A DNA stretch of 64,000 bases from Diplonema japonicum (taxonomy: Eukaryota > Protista > Euglenozoa: Diplonemea). The DNA lies in NCBI GenBank assembly GCA_964019335.1, contig OZ025718.1:428323-492322 (forward strand). The letters are read 5' to 3'. The notes beneath the pieces were generated by a model that did no database searches, was not told the origin of the DNA, and worked only from the letters and a program-made list of their open reading frames with translations. The position numbers and the translations under genes were made by a program. Below, piece after piece: positions 22,689 to 33,888 of this stretch; within the stretch, counting starts at the first letter, position 1; the number at the start of each line of letters is the position of its first letter.

Positions 22689-25600
22689 TTACCAAACAGA
22701 GCGGGGTTCCACTGGTGGTGGTTGCAGTTGTTGCTGGGCTGCGATCTCCTCCTTGTTACGCTGCAGCTGCTGCTGCCTGGTATCGTAACCCCGTTTGTTG
22801 TGCAGCCCGATGGTGACAACGATGAAGAGCACAATAGCTAAGTCAAGGATGCTTAACACGATTCCCAAAGAGTGCAACGCGTGCCCTATCTGTTTCAGTC
22901 TTTCCTTGTCACACGTTATCCCAGGCACGCACAACTCGTCTGCGTTGGCCTCCTCGAAGATCCTCGAGCCGAGGTTCTGCTGCAGCAAAATGAATGGCTG
23001 CAGCAACGCACCCAAAGCACACCCCAGCATGCACATACGGTTCAGAATGTCGAATAGTGAGCACACGGCAAACACACTCCCAAAGACCAGCGGTGCCAGC
23101 AGATACACCCAGCTCATCCCCGAGATCGCAAGAAACTCATCGTGCGAGCTGCACGCGTTGGGCAGCAGCTTGTCGACATCCATTCTGTACGGCTCGTACT
23201 CGTTCCAGTACGCGGAGTAGAACCCAAGAGACAGCAAGGACACCAAGATAATCGCAAAGGAACAACTCAAGATATACAGACGCGACCGTCGGCTGAAGTA
23301 GTTGGCGTCTGCCTCGTCTTCATCCAGTTTTTCCTCTTCGTCTTCCTCTTCTTCCTCCTCCTGTTCTTTTTCCAACTCCTCCGTTACGCCTGCTCCATGC
23401 TCCTGGTATTCATGGTTGGCATTGTCTGCCCCCCCACCACGACCATTTGCACTACTCCTTTGTCTGTCACCACCTTTTTTCTTAGATCCAAGTTTTGCGA
23501 TGCCGCTCACCAAGGCGCCCAAGACCACATTGGCGCCCAACGACACAGCCGATGCGGCGCCTGCTGTCTGGACTGTTGCCGAAGCATCCGCCAGCTCCTC
23601 GGGGGTGATCTCTTTCGGGAAGGCTGCTGTGTCTTCACCCGCAACCACTGCCACGGCAGCCTGTACTGCCTCGAGGACAGCTTCTAGTGCCTGCGGGGAT
23701 CCTGGGTTGAGGGTGGGTTCTTGCGTTGGCGGTGCTTCTGTAGGTGGGGCCGGGGTGGGTGCAATTGTAGGGCCATGTGTTGCGGGCACTGAGGTAAGAG
23801 GTGCAGACGTAGGCGGGCTTTGCGTTAATGGTGCTAGTGTATCGGGTCCTTGTGTGGGTTCGGCTGTAGGGGTAGGTGTTACGGGAGCAGACGTGTCGGG
23901 TGCAGAAGTATCAGGAGGCAGGGTGGGTGTCATTGCAGGGGCGGGTGTGTCGGGTGCCTTTGTAGCAGGTGGTGTCGTGTCAGGGGGTGCAGTGTTTGGA
24001 GCAAGCGTGTCGGGTGCCGAGGTAGGAGCTGATGTATCAGGACCAGGGGCTGGAGTGGGTGGCGATGTATCGGGTGCGGGCGTAGTAGGTACAGGTGTTG
24101 TACCAGGCACAAGGGTATCAGGTGCGGGAGTGTCAGGTGCAGGCGTGTTTGGAGCGAGTGTGTTAGGAGCTGGAGTAACAGGTGCTGGTGTATCGGGTGC
24201 CGGTGTAACAGGTGGCGTACCAGGTGCTAATGTATCAGGTGCTGGTGTAACAGGTGGCGTTACAGGGGCTAGTGTATCAGGTGCTGGTGTTACAGGTGGC
24301 GTAACAGGGGCTGGTGTATCAGGTGCTGGTGTTACGGGGGTATTCGGTACTAAGGTGCTCGGCGCAAGTGTATCAGGTATTGGCGCAGGGGCTGCTGTGT
24401 CAGGTGCGGGGGTTTGAGGTACGGGAGTATCAGGCTCAGAGGTATCAGGAGAAGGAGTATCAAGATCAATAGGTGCATCTTCGGGTGCATCGGGTTCAGA
24501 GGTGGCTGGTGCAGGTGTTTCGGGAATGGGTGTGAGGGGGCTAGAGGTTGGTGTCGCAGTAGGTGGTGCGTTTGTTGGTGGTGCATTTGTTGGTGTCGCA
24601 GTAGGTGGTGCATTTGTTGGTGTCACAGTAGGTGGTGCATTTGTTGGTGGTGCGTTTGTTAACGGAGGGCTGGGAGGGGTTAGAGTAGATGGTGCAATCG
24701 TTGGAGGAACAGGGGTTGGTGGGGCCAAAGTGGGCGGTGCTGGTGTTGGGGGTGCAGGTGTCGGAGGCGCTGGTGTTGGTGGTGCAGGTGTTGGTGGTGC
24801 GGGTGTCGGGGGCGCTGGTGTTGGCGGTGCGGGTGTTGGGGGCGCTAGTGTTGGTGGGGCAGGTGTTGGTGGTGCGGGTGTCGGGGGCGCTAGTGTCGGA
24901 GGAGCTGGTGTTGGCGGTGCTGGGGTGGGGGGCGCTGGGGTGGGCGGGGCCGGGGTGGGCGGAGCTGGTGTTGGGGGTGCAGAGGTCGGAGGTGAGGGTG
25001 TCGGCGGTGCAGGAGTTGGTGGTGCAAGAGTCGGTGGAGCTGGTGTTGGAGGTGCAAGCGTGGGAGGGGATGGTGTAGGCGGGAAAGGTGTGGGAGGTGA
25101 TTGCGTAGACGGTGCGGGTGTTGGAGGCGCGTCAGTTGGCGGTGCATCAGTAGGTGGGGTTGTTGGAGGGGATGCAGTCGGTGCGGCCGTGTTTGGTGCT
25201 GGTGTGAGCGGTATCGAAGTTGGTGGTGCCTGTGTAGGTGGCGCCGGAGACGGAGGTGCAGCAGTGGATGGGGCAAGAGTGGGCGGCGCTTGGGTGGGTG
25301 GTGCTTGGGTAAGAGGCGCAGGCGTAGGAGGGGAAGGCGTTGGCGGAGAAAGTGTGGGAGGTACTGGTGTGGGTGGTGATATTGTGGGAGGTGCCGAAGT
25401 GGGCACTGCAGTTAACGGGGGATTTGTTGCCGGTGCCTGTGTTGGCGGTGATGGCGTAGGTGGGAACGGCGTCGGTGGTGCTGCAGTAGGAGGTGCAGGC
25501 GTGGGTGGGGCATTTGTTGCGGGCGCAGGGGTTGGAGGCGATGCTGTCGGGACAGCGGTAGGCGGCGCAGGGGTGTCCGGTGCCGAAGTTGAAGGAAAAG

Positions 25601-28346
25601 ATGTAGGGACACTTGTTGGTTCCAACGTAACTGGAGGTTGAGTTGGAGGTGCCAGCGTGGGTGGGCTTAGAGTATCAGGTGCAAACGTGGCAGGATGGTC
25701 TGTCGGTGGGGCCGGTGTCGGCTGCGACGTCACAGGAATTGTCGGTGTGGGTGTCATAAAGAAAGGTGTCAGAGTAGGTGCAAGGGTCGGTGCGAACGTT
25801 GCGTTATCGAAAGACACAGGCATTGGTGTTGTCGCGGCAACAGCTGCAAGAATGGAGCTTCTAGAAGGGGAACACTGCTGAAAGGCATAATCCATAGACT
25901 CACATGTTTGACTCCCCAGCGTTGCAGCTGTTGACGCGATGGAGTATTTCTCGCTGAGCGTGAACCCCACTTGACTGGATACGTTAAGCTGAGCTGACGA
26001 GACCATCATAATGACAGCAATAAGCACTTTGAAGTGCAGCTGGTACTCCAGCTTAGGGCCGGATATGAGCAACAGGCCTACAAGAACGCAGCATTGGAGG
26101 ACCTGAAAGACCTGTATCCACAGCATGACCCCGTAGGTGTTCGAGAATCTGTCCTTGCCCGTCTGGTCGAACTTGGTGAACATGGCGTCGTACCAAGTGG
26201 AGAAGGCGACAAAACCAATCATCCCTATGATGAGCATGAAGATGCCAAGCAGCACTGCCAAGAACTTCGAGAGAAAGGGGTACATCCGAAGAAGCGATGC
26301 GAGCAAAACCAACGGCTTCATCAGCTTTGCACAATCAACCTTGTCAGGCGGTGCAAAGTCCAACAGAAGCCCCTCGTCACCCAGATTGTTCTCCAAGTCA
26401 CGGTCCATAGAAGCCATATTCTGCTCAGTGTTGCCGCTGTTCTCTGCGGCCATGGCTCCAATCCCAACGGCTGCTAACTTTAACGCTGCGCTTCTGCTAA
26501 GCCATTGTGGCTTTACCTTTTTTTCTATCCTCAAAAGTGCCTTTCCAAGTGCGATGTGAAAGTTCTCGAACAACTGGTGCACATCACCATGGTGCGCGTC
26601 CAACAGCTCGTGCAAATCAGTAGAATGGTCGTTGGCCGTAGAGAGGGACTTGGTTGCCGTCTGTTTGATTGAGACGTTCGAGGCTCCCGGAAAGAGCTGG
26701 TGGAAAATCGCGTTCTGTGAATTGACAAGGTCCTCCATGACACTGCCTGTCGTATGCGGGGTTTCTTGGAGTGTCTCTGCAGAGACAACCGGCACAAACA
26801 CAATGTCGGAAATGGTACTTGGCAGTGAATGGTGCACAGTGGCAATAACTACATCCAACGTGGGCACCTTCACCCGATGCACATGCTCAATATAACTATC
26901 GAGGTCCAAGTCGATGCTTACTTCCCGTACGTTCTCAAGGCTGTAACTAGCTAGGAAAGAGTTGAGGGGCCCTTCGATCTGGCTAACGATGTCCCGCAAG
27001 GCTGTCGGGACGTTCGTGGCCGCAGAGGTGTCGATGGTCAAGTCACCCAACATGTGTTTCACGCTTTGGATAAGATGGTTTTGCATCGAGCTGTCAAAGG
27101 TCAGCTCATAGATCTTGAGTCCTGCCTTGTCGGCAATGTTCCTAGCGATGAGAGGGACAATATCGTTGATGGAGCGCAGCTGCAGCTGAATGATGTCATT
27201 AGCCAGTGCGTCCTCGAGCTTCAGATGCTTCTTCATAAATGTGCCCGCCAACCTTTTTGTGGCGTCACAGATGCATTTCACCTTCAAGGAAACCTTTACA
27301 TCTGCGAAGTCGATGTTGTTGATGGGTGCCGTGTCTTCCTCAGGTGGCGCTATTGCATGTTCCTTGATTTTTGTTATCACTGCGGGCACCGTCTCCACAT
27401 GCGCATTCTCCAAGCAACCCATGACGTCTGCGCTGTACTGCCTGATGTGCGTCACAGCTGCGGGAGATGCCACGTCCAGCGCCTTCGCACCGTTCACAAT
27501 GGTGCAGACAATGTCCATGTCTATGTAGCCCAATTTTTTCTGCAGCTTGGCGTGCACTGAACTGATGAAGCTTGTAGCAAAGCAATTGACCTCCTCGAGC
27601 TGTGCTTCGTACAGCCTGCTGATCGTCGTCAGCAGCATGTCTTTGTACTCTTCAGGAAGATCCGAGTCCTCCAGCTGATGGAGCTGCGGCAGTATTGTCT
27701 GCATGCTGAGCTCGTCTTGCGATGCATCTTTGCACCCGCAGACATACTCTTTCACGATTGAGTTCATCTTATCATTCATGTCCAGCATGGAGGGCACGCC
27801 GGGGGGCTCGTAGGCGTCAAAAGGCTTGTTGAGCTTCATGTTCGGGGGTGGGTGGAAGCCAAGCCATAAGAGAAAGACAAGGTGGAGGAAGATGGATGAA
27901 GGCACCAACGACAGCAAGATCTCGATGTTGGAGATGATGCTCATCTGGTTGAGGCATTGCAGCTTGTAGTGCATGTTGTTGAGGGTGGGCAACATGAATG
28001 CGAGCTGGAACACAGTAAGAGTGACGGATAGGAACACGTGGATAATATGCGTGCTCCACATCTTGAAAGGGCGTACCCCAGTGGCGAACAGCTTTCCCGC
28101 CACAAACACGTTGAACAGGACGAAGTACCAATGCAGCAGGTTCATCGAGACAAACAGGTCTTTAGCCTCACCGCATGCCACACCTACCCATTTGAACCAG
28201 AAGATGCCCCAGAACACGACAGCCGCAACAGACACAATGGTGTTAAGCCCCTGCACTATGATAAAGCCTGTAAAAAAAGATTTCCGAATAGCGGCATCTC
28301 GCTTTTCTTTTTGGTCCATAAGAACCCTCCTGTGGTGCATGAACAA
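22689..28346 (-). CDS. Large multipass membrane protein with a ~700-aa Pro/Thr mucin-like repeat region; true start uncertain
   Basis: 1885-aa ORF with hydrophobic helix clusters at the N-terminus, centre and C-terminus, and PPTPA/TPAPD repeats. Confidence 0.8.
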   Translation of the reverse strand: MFMHHRRVLMDQKEKRDAAIRKSFFTGFIIVQGLNTIVSVAAVVFWGIFWFKWVGVACGEAKDLFVSMNLLHWYFVLFNVFVAGKLFATGVRPFKMWSTHIIHVFLSVTLTVFQLAFMLPTLNNMHYKLQCLNQMSIISNIEILLSLVPSSIFLHLVFLLWLGFHPPPNMKLNKPFDAYEPPGVPSMLDMNDKMNSIVKEYVCGCKDASQDELSMQTILPQLHQLEDSDLPEEYKDMLLTTISRLYEAQLEEVNCFATSFISSVHAKLQKKLGYIDMDIVCTIVNGAKALDVASPAAVTHIRQYSADVMGCLENAHVETVPAVITKIKEHAIAPPEEDTAPINNIDFADVKVSLKVKCICDATKRLAGTFMKKHLKLEDALANDIIQLQLRSINDIVPLIARNIADKAGLKIYELTFDSSMQNHLIQSVKHMLGDLTIDTSAATNVPTALRDIVSQIEGPLNSFLASYSLENVREVSIDLDLDSYIEHVHRVKVPTLDVVIATVHHSLPSTISDIVFVPVVSAETLQETPHTTGSVMEDLVNSQNAIFHQLFPGASNVSIKQTATKSLSTANDHSTDLHELLDAHHGDVHQLFENFHIALGKALLRIEKKVKPQWLSRSAALKLAAVGIGAMAAENSGNTEQNMASMDRDLENNLGDEGLLLDFAPPDKVDCAKLMKPLVLLASLLRMYPFLSKFLAVLLGIFMLIIGMIGFVAFSTWYDAMFTKFDQTGKDRFSNTYGVMLWIQVFQVLQCCVLVGLLLISGPKLEYQLHFKVLIAVIMMVSSAQLNVSSQVGFTLSEKYSIASTAATLGSQTCESMDYAFQQCSPSRSSILAAVAATTPMPVSFDNATFAPTLAPTLTPFFMTPTPTIPVTSQPTPAPPTDHPATFAPDTLSPPTLAPPTQPPVTLEPTSVPTSFPSTSAPDTPAPPTAVPTASPPTPAPATNAPPTPAPPTAAPPTPFPPTPSPPTQAPATNPPLTAVPTSAPPTISPPTPVPPTLSPPTPSPPTPAPLTQAPPTQAPPTLAPSTAAPPSPAPPTQAPPTSIPLTPAPNTAAPTASPPTTPPTDAPPTDAPPTPAPSTQSPPTPFPPTPSPPTLAPPTPAPPTLAPPTPAPPTPSPPTSAPPTPAPPTPAPPTPAPPTPAPPTPAPPTLAPPTPAPPTPAPPTLAPPTPAPPTPAPPTPAPPTPAPPTPAPPTPAPPTPAPPTLAPPTPVPPTIAPSTLTPPSPPLTNAPPTNAPPTVTPTNAPPTATPTNAPPTNAPPTATPTSSPLTPIPETPAPATSEPDAPEDAPIDLDTPSPDTSEPDTPVPQTPAPDTAAPAPIPDTLAPSTLVPNTPVTPAPDTPAPVTPPVTPAPDTLAPVTPPVTPAPDTLAPGTPPVTPAPDTPAPVTPAPNTLAPNTPAPDTPAPDTLVPGTTPVPTTPAPDTSPPTPAPGPDTSAPTSAPDTLAPNTAPPDTTPPATKAPDTPAPAMTPTLPPDTSAPDTSAPVTPTPTAEPTQGPDTLAPLTQSPPTSAPLTSVPATHGPTIAPTPAPPTEAPPTQEPTLNPGSPQALEAVLEAVQAAVAVVAGEDTAAFPKEITPEELADASATVQTAGAASAVSLGANVVLGALVSGIAKLGSKKKGGDRQRSSANGRGGGADNANHEYQEHGAGVTEELEKEQEEEEEEDEEEKLDEDEADANYFSRRSRLYILSCSFAIILVSLLSLGFYSAYWNEYEPYRMDVDKLLPNACSSHDEFLAISGMSWVYLLAPLVFGSVFAVCSLFDILNRMCMLGCALGALLQPFILLQQNLGSRIFEEANADELCVPGITCDKERLKQIGHALHSLGIVLSILDLAIVLFIVVTIGLHNKRGYDTRQQQLQRNKEEIAAQQQLQPPPVEPRSVW
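23700..25800 (-). repeat. Coding tandem repeats (15-nt PPTPA/PPTLA and TPAPD units)
   Basis: Visible GGTGGTGCGGGTGTT-type periodicity on the + strand, with repeated pentapeptides in the translation. Confidence 0.9.
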
Positions 28347-28838
28347 ACAAGTACTACATGAAATAACAAAACTGGGGTGAGCCCATAAGGACCTCCTTCA
28401 TTCAGCTCGCTCGATCTCCTCCAATGTAGGGGGCACATAGCCACAGTCTCCTTCAGGCAGCGCCTCATCTTCTTGCACAGCAGGTGCAGCAAAGCAACTT
28501 AAAGAACTAAAAAAAGATTTTTTTGTAGGTGGAACGGGTACTGGGTTTGGCACATAAGTTCTCAGGTTCTGCTTACCGCTTGTCGGGTGCAGCATCGCCG
28601 CTGCATGCATGCTTTTCTCCAGACACCTGTAATGGGTTCAACAAGGACAGAAGCGCAAATGGGTAAAAACAACAGAAACTGATTGAACACCATGATGAAA
28701 TTGATGAAGCTACTGATGTGCTTATATAAACACTAAGTAAAGGGGTGTGTTTGGTGTGGAGAATGAGAAGGAGAAAGGAAAAGGCGAAATAAAGATCGAA
28801 AGTATGTCAGAAGAAATGGGAGGGAGGGGTAGAGGGAC

Positions 28839-30560
28839 CTACTCTACAACTTTCTTCCTCCTAATGATCTTCTTCTTCTTGGGAGGGGGTGCGTCCTCTG
28901 CGAGCTTCATGGAGGTGAGGGGGTCTTGTTTCCGCTTGACGCGCTTCTTCTTGAGTTGTTTCTTAGCCCTAACCTGGTTGTTCTCGTCGGAGTCGGAACC
29001 GGACAGGTTCTCCGCAACAGGTTCTTCGATGACCATCTTACCTGTCACTTTGGTGTCCATGTAATCTGGAATGAAGGACCTGCTGGCTGCCATGCCAGCG
29101 TCGCGAGAGGAAACTGGGGCTAAGTGCTGAAGTGCCGCGAGGTCCTGAGGGTTCTCTGCAAAATGCTTCTTCAGTGCCTCGGACGTTATGGCTTCTTTCA
29201 CAAGCTCCTTTGCCTTTGCTTCCTTGATGGCTTTCTTCTTGATGCCGTTCAGCGCGTCGTCGGTCCTGTACCGCATCTTGAGCACCTCTGCCGTGTCCTT
29301 CATGATCTCGTGTTGTGTCACGACTTGCCCTTTGCTTGACAAGTAGTTGTTCAGGTACTCCAGCCATGCACTGTCTTGCTTCTTGTGGAGGAACGACACC
29401 GCCATGCCAGACTTACCGCCTCTCCCTGTCCTCCCTATGCGGTGGATGTACGATTTGCATGAATCCTCGTCCAGCGTACCTGTGATGTCGAAGTTCACGA
29501 CTGCAGACACTTCACGGAAGTCGATCCCACGTGACATGCTGTACTCCGTGTCCTTCGGGGCCTTGCTGTCAGGCTTTCTGTCGGCCTTCTTCACCGACTC
29601 CTCAGTCGCAATGAGGTACTGGTACTCCCCCATGTTAAACTGCGCCACAATGTGGTTTCTGCTGTTCAACGGGATGTTGCTGTTCAGCACGACGGCGCGC
29701 ACCCCGAACTTGTCGAGGAACAGCTTCAGCTTGTAGGCCTTGTCCACGTTGTCCACGAACAGCAGCACTTTGCCCTTCACGTAGTTGAACCTTATAAGCC
29801 CGTACAGGTAGCAATACCGTTCCGAGTCGTCGTAAACGGTGACGGCGTGCTGGGAGATGTTCGGCAGGGTGTTGGTCACAGGTCTTGTGGGCTGACCATC
29901 GTCCTCCTCGTCGTCGTCCTCCTCCTCCAGCTTGATGACCATCGGCTTGTTAAGGATGAGCCTCTTGAGCTCCAGGACGCCAGGAGAAAGAGTAGCGGAC
30001 ATCAAGAAGGACTGCGCGACGGCGGGGTACATGCACCGGATCCTGCGCACAGTGGGGTGCGAGAGGAGTGCGTCTGCCTCGTCAGTGACGCAAACTTCCA
30101 CGTTGGTGATGTCGATCTCCTTGTCCTTCGCACGCTGCAGGACGGTGCTGGGGGTGCCAACGCATATCTCGCACTTCCCGCTGATGGCGCCCTCGTCCGA
30201 CAGGTTCACTACCCCTAAAACACCCCCGCAATGCTTCAATATGCTTCTGTAGTGGTCCACCACCTGGCTGCACAATTCCTTGCTCGGTACCAGCACAAGA
30301 CCTCTTACCCCTTTCGTTTTGACTTGACGTGTTAGCAGTTTATGGCACATTGGCAAGCTGTATGCCGCGGTTTTCCCACTCCCCGTCCCTGCCCTGGCCA
30401 GGATGTCCTTCCCCGCCATTGCCAGTGGTATCGTGCTCTCTTGGATCAATGTGGGCTTCTTGAACTTCAGTGTCTTCAACCCGTGCAGCAGGCTGCTGTT
30501 AAGCCCGAAGTCTTTCCACTCCTTCGAGCCCTCGTCGGCCATCATCGATGCCAAAGACAT
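28839..30560 (-). CDS. DDX56: DEAD-box RNA helicase DDX56/Dbp9
   Basis: PTLIQ, GTGSGKTAAY, LVPSKEL, DEAD, MSATL, NSRNHIVAQFN, EYSMSRGIDF and YIHRIGRTGR, plus Dbp9-like IKEAKAKEL...LKKHFAENPQDL. Confidence 0.9.
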   Translation of the reverse strand: MSLASMMADEGSKEWKDFGLNSSLLHGLKTLKFKKPTLIQESTIPLAMAGKDILARAGTGSGKTAAYSLPMCHKLLTRQVKTKGVRGLVLVPSKELCSQVVDHYRSILKHCGGVLGVVNLSDEGAISGKCEICVGTPSTVLQRAKDKEIDITNVEVCVTDEADALLSHPTVRRIRCMYPAVAQSFLMSATLSPGVLELKRLILNKPMVIKLEEEDDDEEDDGQPTRPVTNTLPNISQHAVTVYDDSERYCYLYGLIRFNYVKGKVLLFVDNVDKAYKLKLFLDKFGVRAVVLNSNIPLNSRNHIVAQFNMGEYQYLIATEESVKKADRKPDSKAPKDTEYSMSRGIDFREVSAVVNFDITGTLDEDSCKSYIHRIGRTGRGGKSGMAVSFLHKKQDSAWLEYLNNYLSSKGQVVTQHEIMKDTAEVLKMRYRTDDALNGIKKKAIKEAKAKELVKEAITSEALKKHFAENPQDLAALQHLAPVSSRDAGMAASRSFIPDYMDTKVTGKMVIEEPVAENLSGSDSDENNQVRAKKQLKKKRVKRKQDPLTSMKLAEDAPPPKKKKIIRRKKVVE

Positions 30561-31079
30561 CTGTTCGAGTCTCCTTCCCCTGTGGTGTCCTCAATGCAAG
30601 GGTCAGATGTGCGTTGTGAAAAAAAATAAAAGGGAAACGGGGATTAAAGAAAATAGAACGCTTTGGCAGCTGAAGGTCGTGGTCCTCTTCGTTCATAGTT
30701 AGCAGGGCAGCAAGTTGTCTTCAAGACCTTTACTAATTATGGTTCCTATATTTTTTTTTTTCTGCCCTCAAGCGTATTATAATTCTCATTGAAAATGAAC
30801 ATCTGGCTAGCAGGAGGAAAATAAAGAGGGGAGTGCAAAAAGAATTCTCAAATGGGAATAAAAAGGGGGCAGGTGGGTGTGAAGAAGAAAGGGCAAGGGA
30901 GAGTGGAGGTAATAACGTTGTACTTCTTTTAAAAAAAGGGGGGGGGTAAAGAAGATGGAAATAAAAGAAAAAGAAGAAAAAAACCCTGTCCCTAACCACA
31001 GAAGGCTAGTGTTCTGTGATGCCCACCCTTTTATTGTGTTACCTTGGTCAGAGGACCAAAACATTGCTTCTTTAAATTG

Positions 31080-31130
<51 letters not shown>

Positions 31131-31179
31131 GTTAACACTTTAGGTACAAAGTACCGAGCTTACAAAGATGAAGGCATGT

Positions 31180-33888
31180 CTACTGCAGGAACAGCTTCGG
31201 TGAATAAGTCTTGACTCTTTCCATCTGTGCTGGTTTGACAAGCTCTTCGGAGGGCTTGTCGTGTATTGTGGTGGAAACGATGAGGGTGGAACGCTCGATC
31301 TTTTCGATGGGGTTGATGCTCTTCTGTATCACAGTGTCCATGAGTGTCTTGTCGAAGCAGTGCGTGGCTGTGACAATGACGTGCAGAGAGGCATCGTTGA
31401 TATCCAGCACACCCGACTTCGTCAGTGCGTCCAGCAAGTCGAACGCTGCCGTCTTCTCCTTCTTCTGATCGTCCACGTTCACTGTCTTAGTGGTCGGCTT
31501 GCTAAGCAGCCCTTCCTGCGACTCCTTTGTCCACGTCTTCCCCACGTTGATGATTGTAGGCCTCAGTGCACTGTCCTCGTCAAGATCCGAGTACTTCTTT
31601 TCAAGGATGTGTGGAATCCTGCTGATGTCAAAACCCGTGCCTTCTACTTCCTCCTCTTTTCTCTCCTTTGGAGTCGATGCTTGGGTTTCACCAGCACCTT
31701 TCGGCTGGATCTGTTGCTGCTGTGGCGGCGGCGATTGCTGTTGCTGTTGCTGTGGTGGTGGCGCCACTGCACGTCTCTCCAACGCTCTCTTCGGCATAGG
31801 AGCGGACATAGCCAAGGGAGCGCACTGCATCATGCTGATAGAAGCACATTGAGGAGGAGGAGGAGGGGGGAGACCACCGGGGGGAGGGGGGAGACCACCG
31901 CCGTGTGCCATCTGGTACTCCATCTTGACCTCTTCAATCTCCTTTTCCTTTGACGTCTTTAGCATTTCCTGCATGGCAGTGACGTGTGTCTTGACGACAT
32001 TCACCTTGTCCTTCGCAGGGATGTCGTCTGGGTCGATGAACATGTCGCACTTGTAAGAGAGCAGGTCGCTGGGGATCTGGTACTTGATAAAGAGTTCAAG
32101 CAAGTCTTGCGTAAGCTTGATCTCCTTCGTCAGGGAGTCAGGAGTAAGGTTCAGCACCTTCTCCAACTGGGGCTTGATCTGCACAACGCACATGGCAAAC
32201 AGTGTCGACTCAAGCTGCATGCTACGGTACGCCTTTGCGAAGCGCTGTTGCTCAGGAGACAGGGACTCGATGGCATCTTGGAACTCCTTCGGGGTGGGGA
32301 TCTCTTCCAGGATCAAAGGGATCTTGAAGTCGTCCTTGTTTTGGATGATCATGGCATGCGACGGCATGAAGAGATCGGGACCACCAATGCGACCCACAAG
32401 CAAGATGAACCCGCTGAACTGCCTGGCTCTGCCGTTGACCTGAAGCTTTGACAGCGCCTCGTGCGAGAATCTGTGGCCCACATATGAGTGTACGAAGGTC
32501 TTGCCTGTGAAGCTCACAGTGGCTGAGGCACTAAGTGCGAACTTCATAGGCTTCTCATCTTCAGGAATGCACCTCACCACTGTCGGGACAGGATCACTCA
32601 TCGACCCGTCAGGCTTCGACTCCTCGATGCTCAGGATTCCCTCAGGGTAGTGGTCAGGCCTGCGGATAGCATAACTAAAGCCTGTTGGCTGGTATTCCTG
32701 TTTGAAGAGCTTCCTGTTGTGAAATCGCATGTACTCCCCGAAGTCCTGCGATGTCACTTCCTTCCCGATGGCAGAGATGAGCTGGTTCCTGAGCAATGTT
32801 TCCAGGTAGTCGATAGCTGCCTGGTAAGTGCACACCACCCCCTTTGCGTGTTTCAAGGTCATCACAAGGAGACCATCGAGCCTGAGAATGAGGCCCTTGC
32901 TCTCAGGGAAGACTTTTTCGATATCCGAAGACTTCTCGTCCAATGCGCGACGCTCTTCTTTCAAGAAGAGCTCGAGGTCGCTTGCGGGAAGTGAAAGCGT
33001 CTCTTTATTATCATCAGGCACCACCAAAGTGGCCTTGCCCTCGATCGCCTTCACTGTGTTCTCCTTAATATTCTCAAGGAGAGGGAGCACAGGGATGAAG
33101 ATATTCGAAGTGTTGTTGACAGTGTTGAGATCCAAGTCGACCTTCTGCTCGATGGACCACAGGTGGTTCCTGAAGTACGTGATTATTTGATCCGCCCACG
33201 AGGAGAGGTTGTGCATGCCGGACAGCACCTCCGTAATGTCCTGGTTCCTTCTCGGGGTGTGGCACGCGCTGTCCGAGCGATTGATGGAGAAGTGCACCTG
33301 AAGATTGTCGTTAAGGCTTTGAAGGAGCCACGTGATGTTGGTCTCGAGAGGGGGCTTGCTGGTCGCGGCGGAATGTGGCGTGTTCTCTGAGTTGGTCATG
33401 ATGGTCGTCGCGCTGTCACGAGTGAAGAAGGTGACACAGTCATCAGGGCTGTTGCCACAGTAGGCAGTTAGCGTGTATGAGGCAGTGATGTTCCAGAAGT
33501 ACTCCGTCACTGTGGTAACGTTCTTGTTTGTGATGTTAATCATCCTGCCCAACCCAGACACTTCAGTTACATTCTTTGTGGCAGCTTCCACTTCCCTCGT
33601 CTTCTTCTCCTTGAACTTGCACGTCTCCGTTGCTTTTAAGCGCAGGGTCACGCTCTTCGTTTTCGACCATTCTTTCAGCTGCTTCAACCCGTCCTGAGTC
33701 AAACCGATCCTCTCAAGTGTGGCCAGCTTTGATGCCATTGCAGCGCCCGTCATCACTTCCGCCAGTATATATTTGTCACTATACTGATGGTGGACATCGC
33801 CAGCAAGCCCCGGACTCCTGTTTGTATCCAAGATCTTCTTCACCACATTGAGACCGTTGCTAATCTGGTTCTCGAGGTAAACTTCCAT
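31180..33888 (-). CDS. Hypothetical 902-aa protein with a P/Q-rich insert
   Basis: Long uninterrupted ORF with globular composition; no family recognised. Confidence 0.85.
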   Translation of the reverse strand: MEVYLENQISNGLNVVKKILDTNRSPGLAGDVHHQYSDKYILAEVMTGAAMASKLATLERIGLTQDGLKQLKEWSKTKSVTLRLKATETCKFKEKKTREVEAATKNVTEVSGLGRMINITNKNVTTVTEYFWNITASYTLTAYCGNSPDDCVTFFTRDSATTIMTNSENTPHSAATSKPPLETNITWLLQSLNDNLQVHFSINRSDSACHTPRRNQDITEVLSGMHNLSSWADQIITYFRNHLWSIEQKVDLDLNTVNNTSNIFIPVLPLLENIKENTVKAIEGKATLVVPDDNKETLSLPASDLELFLKEERRALDEKSSDIEKVFPESKGLILRLDGLLVMTLKHAKGVVCTYQAAIDYLETLLRNQLISAIGKEVTSQDFGEYMRFHNRKLFKQEYQPTGFSYAIRRPDHYPEGILSIEESKPDGSMSDPVPTVVRCIPEDEKPMKFALSASATVSFTGKTFVHSYVGHRFSHEALSKLQVNGRARQFSGFILLVGRIGGPDLFMPSHAMIIQNKDDFKIPLILEEIPTPKEFQDAIESLSPEQQRFAKAYRSMQLESTLFAMCVVQIKPQLEKVLNLTPDSLTKEIKLTQDLLELFIKYQIPSDLLSYKCDMFIDPDDIPAKDKVNVVKTHVTAMQEMLKTSKEKEIEEVKMEYQMAHGGGLPPPPGGLPPPPPPQCASISMMQCAPLAMSAPMPKRALERRAVAPPPQQQQQQSPPPQQQQIQPKGAGETQASTPKERKEEEVEGTGFDISRIPHILEKKYSDLDEDSALRPTIINVGKTWTKESQEGLLSKPTTKTVNVDDQKKEKTAAFDLLDALTKSGVLDINDASLHVIVTATHCFDKTLMDTVIQKSINPIEKIERSTLIVSTTIHDKPSEELVKPAQMERVKTYSPKLFLQ

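Noticed and set aside
23302-25641. Gly/Val/Ala-rich + strand ORFs (also the Val/Pro-rich ORF 44413-45465)
   Set aside because: Antisense shadows of repetitive coding regions.
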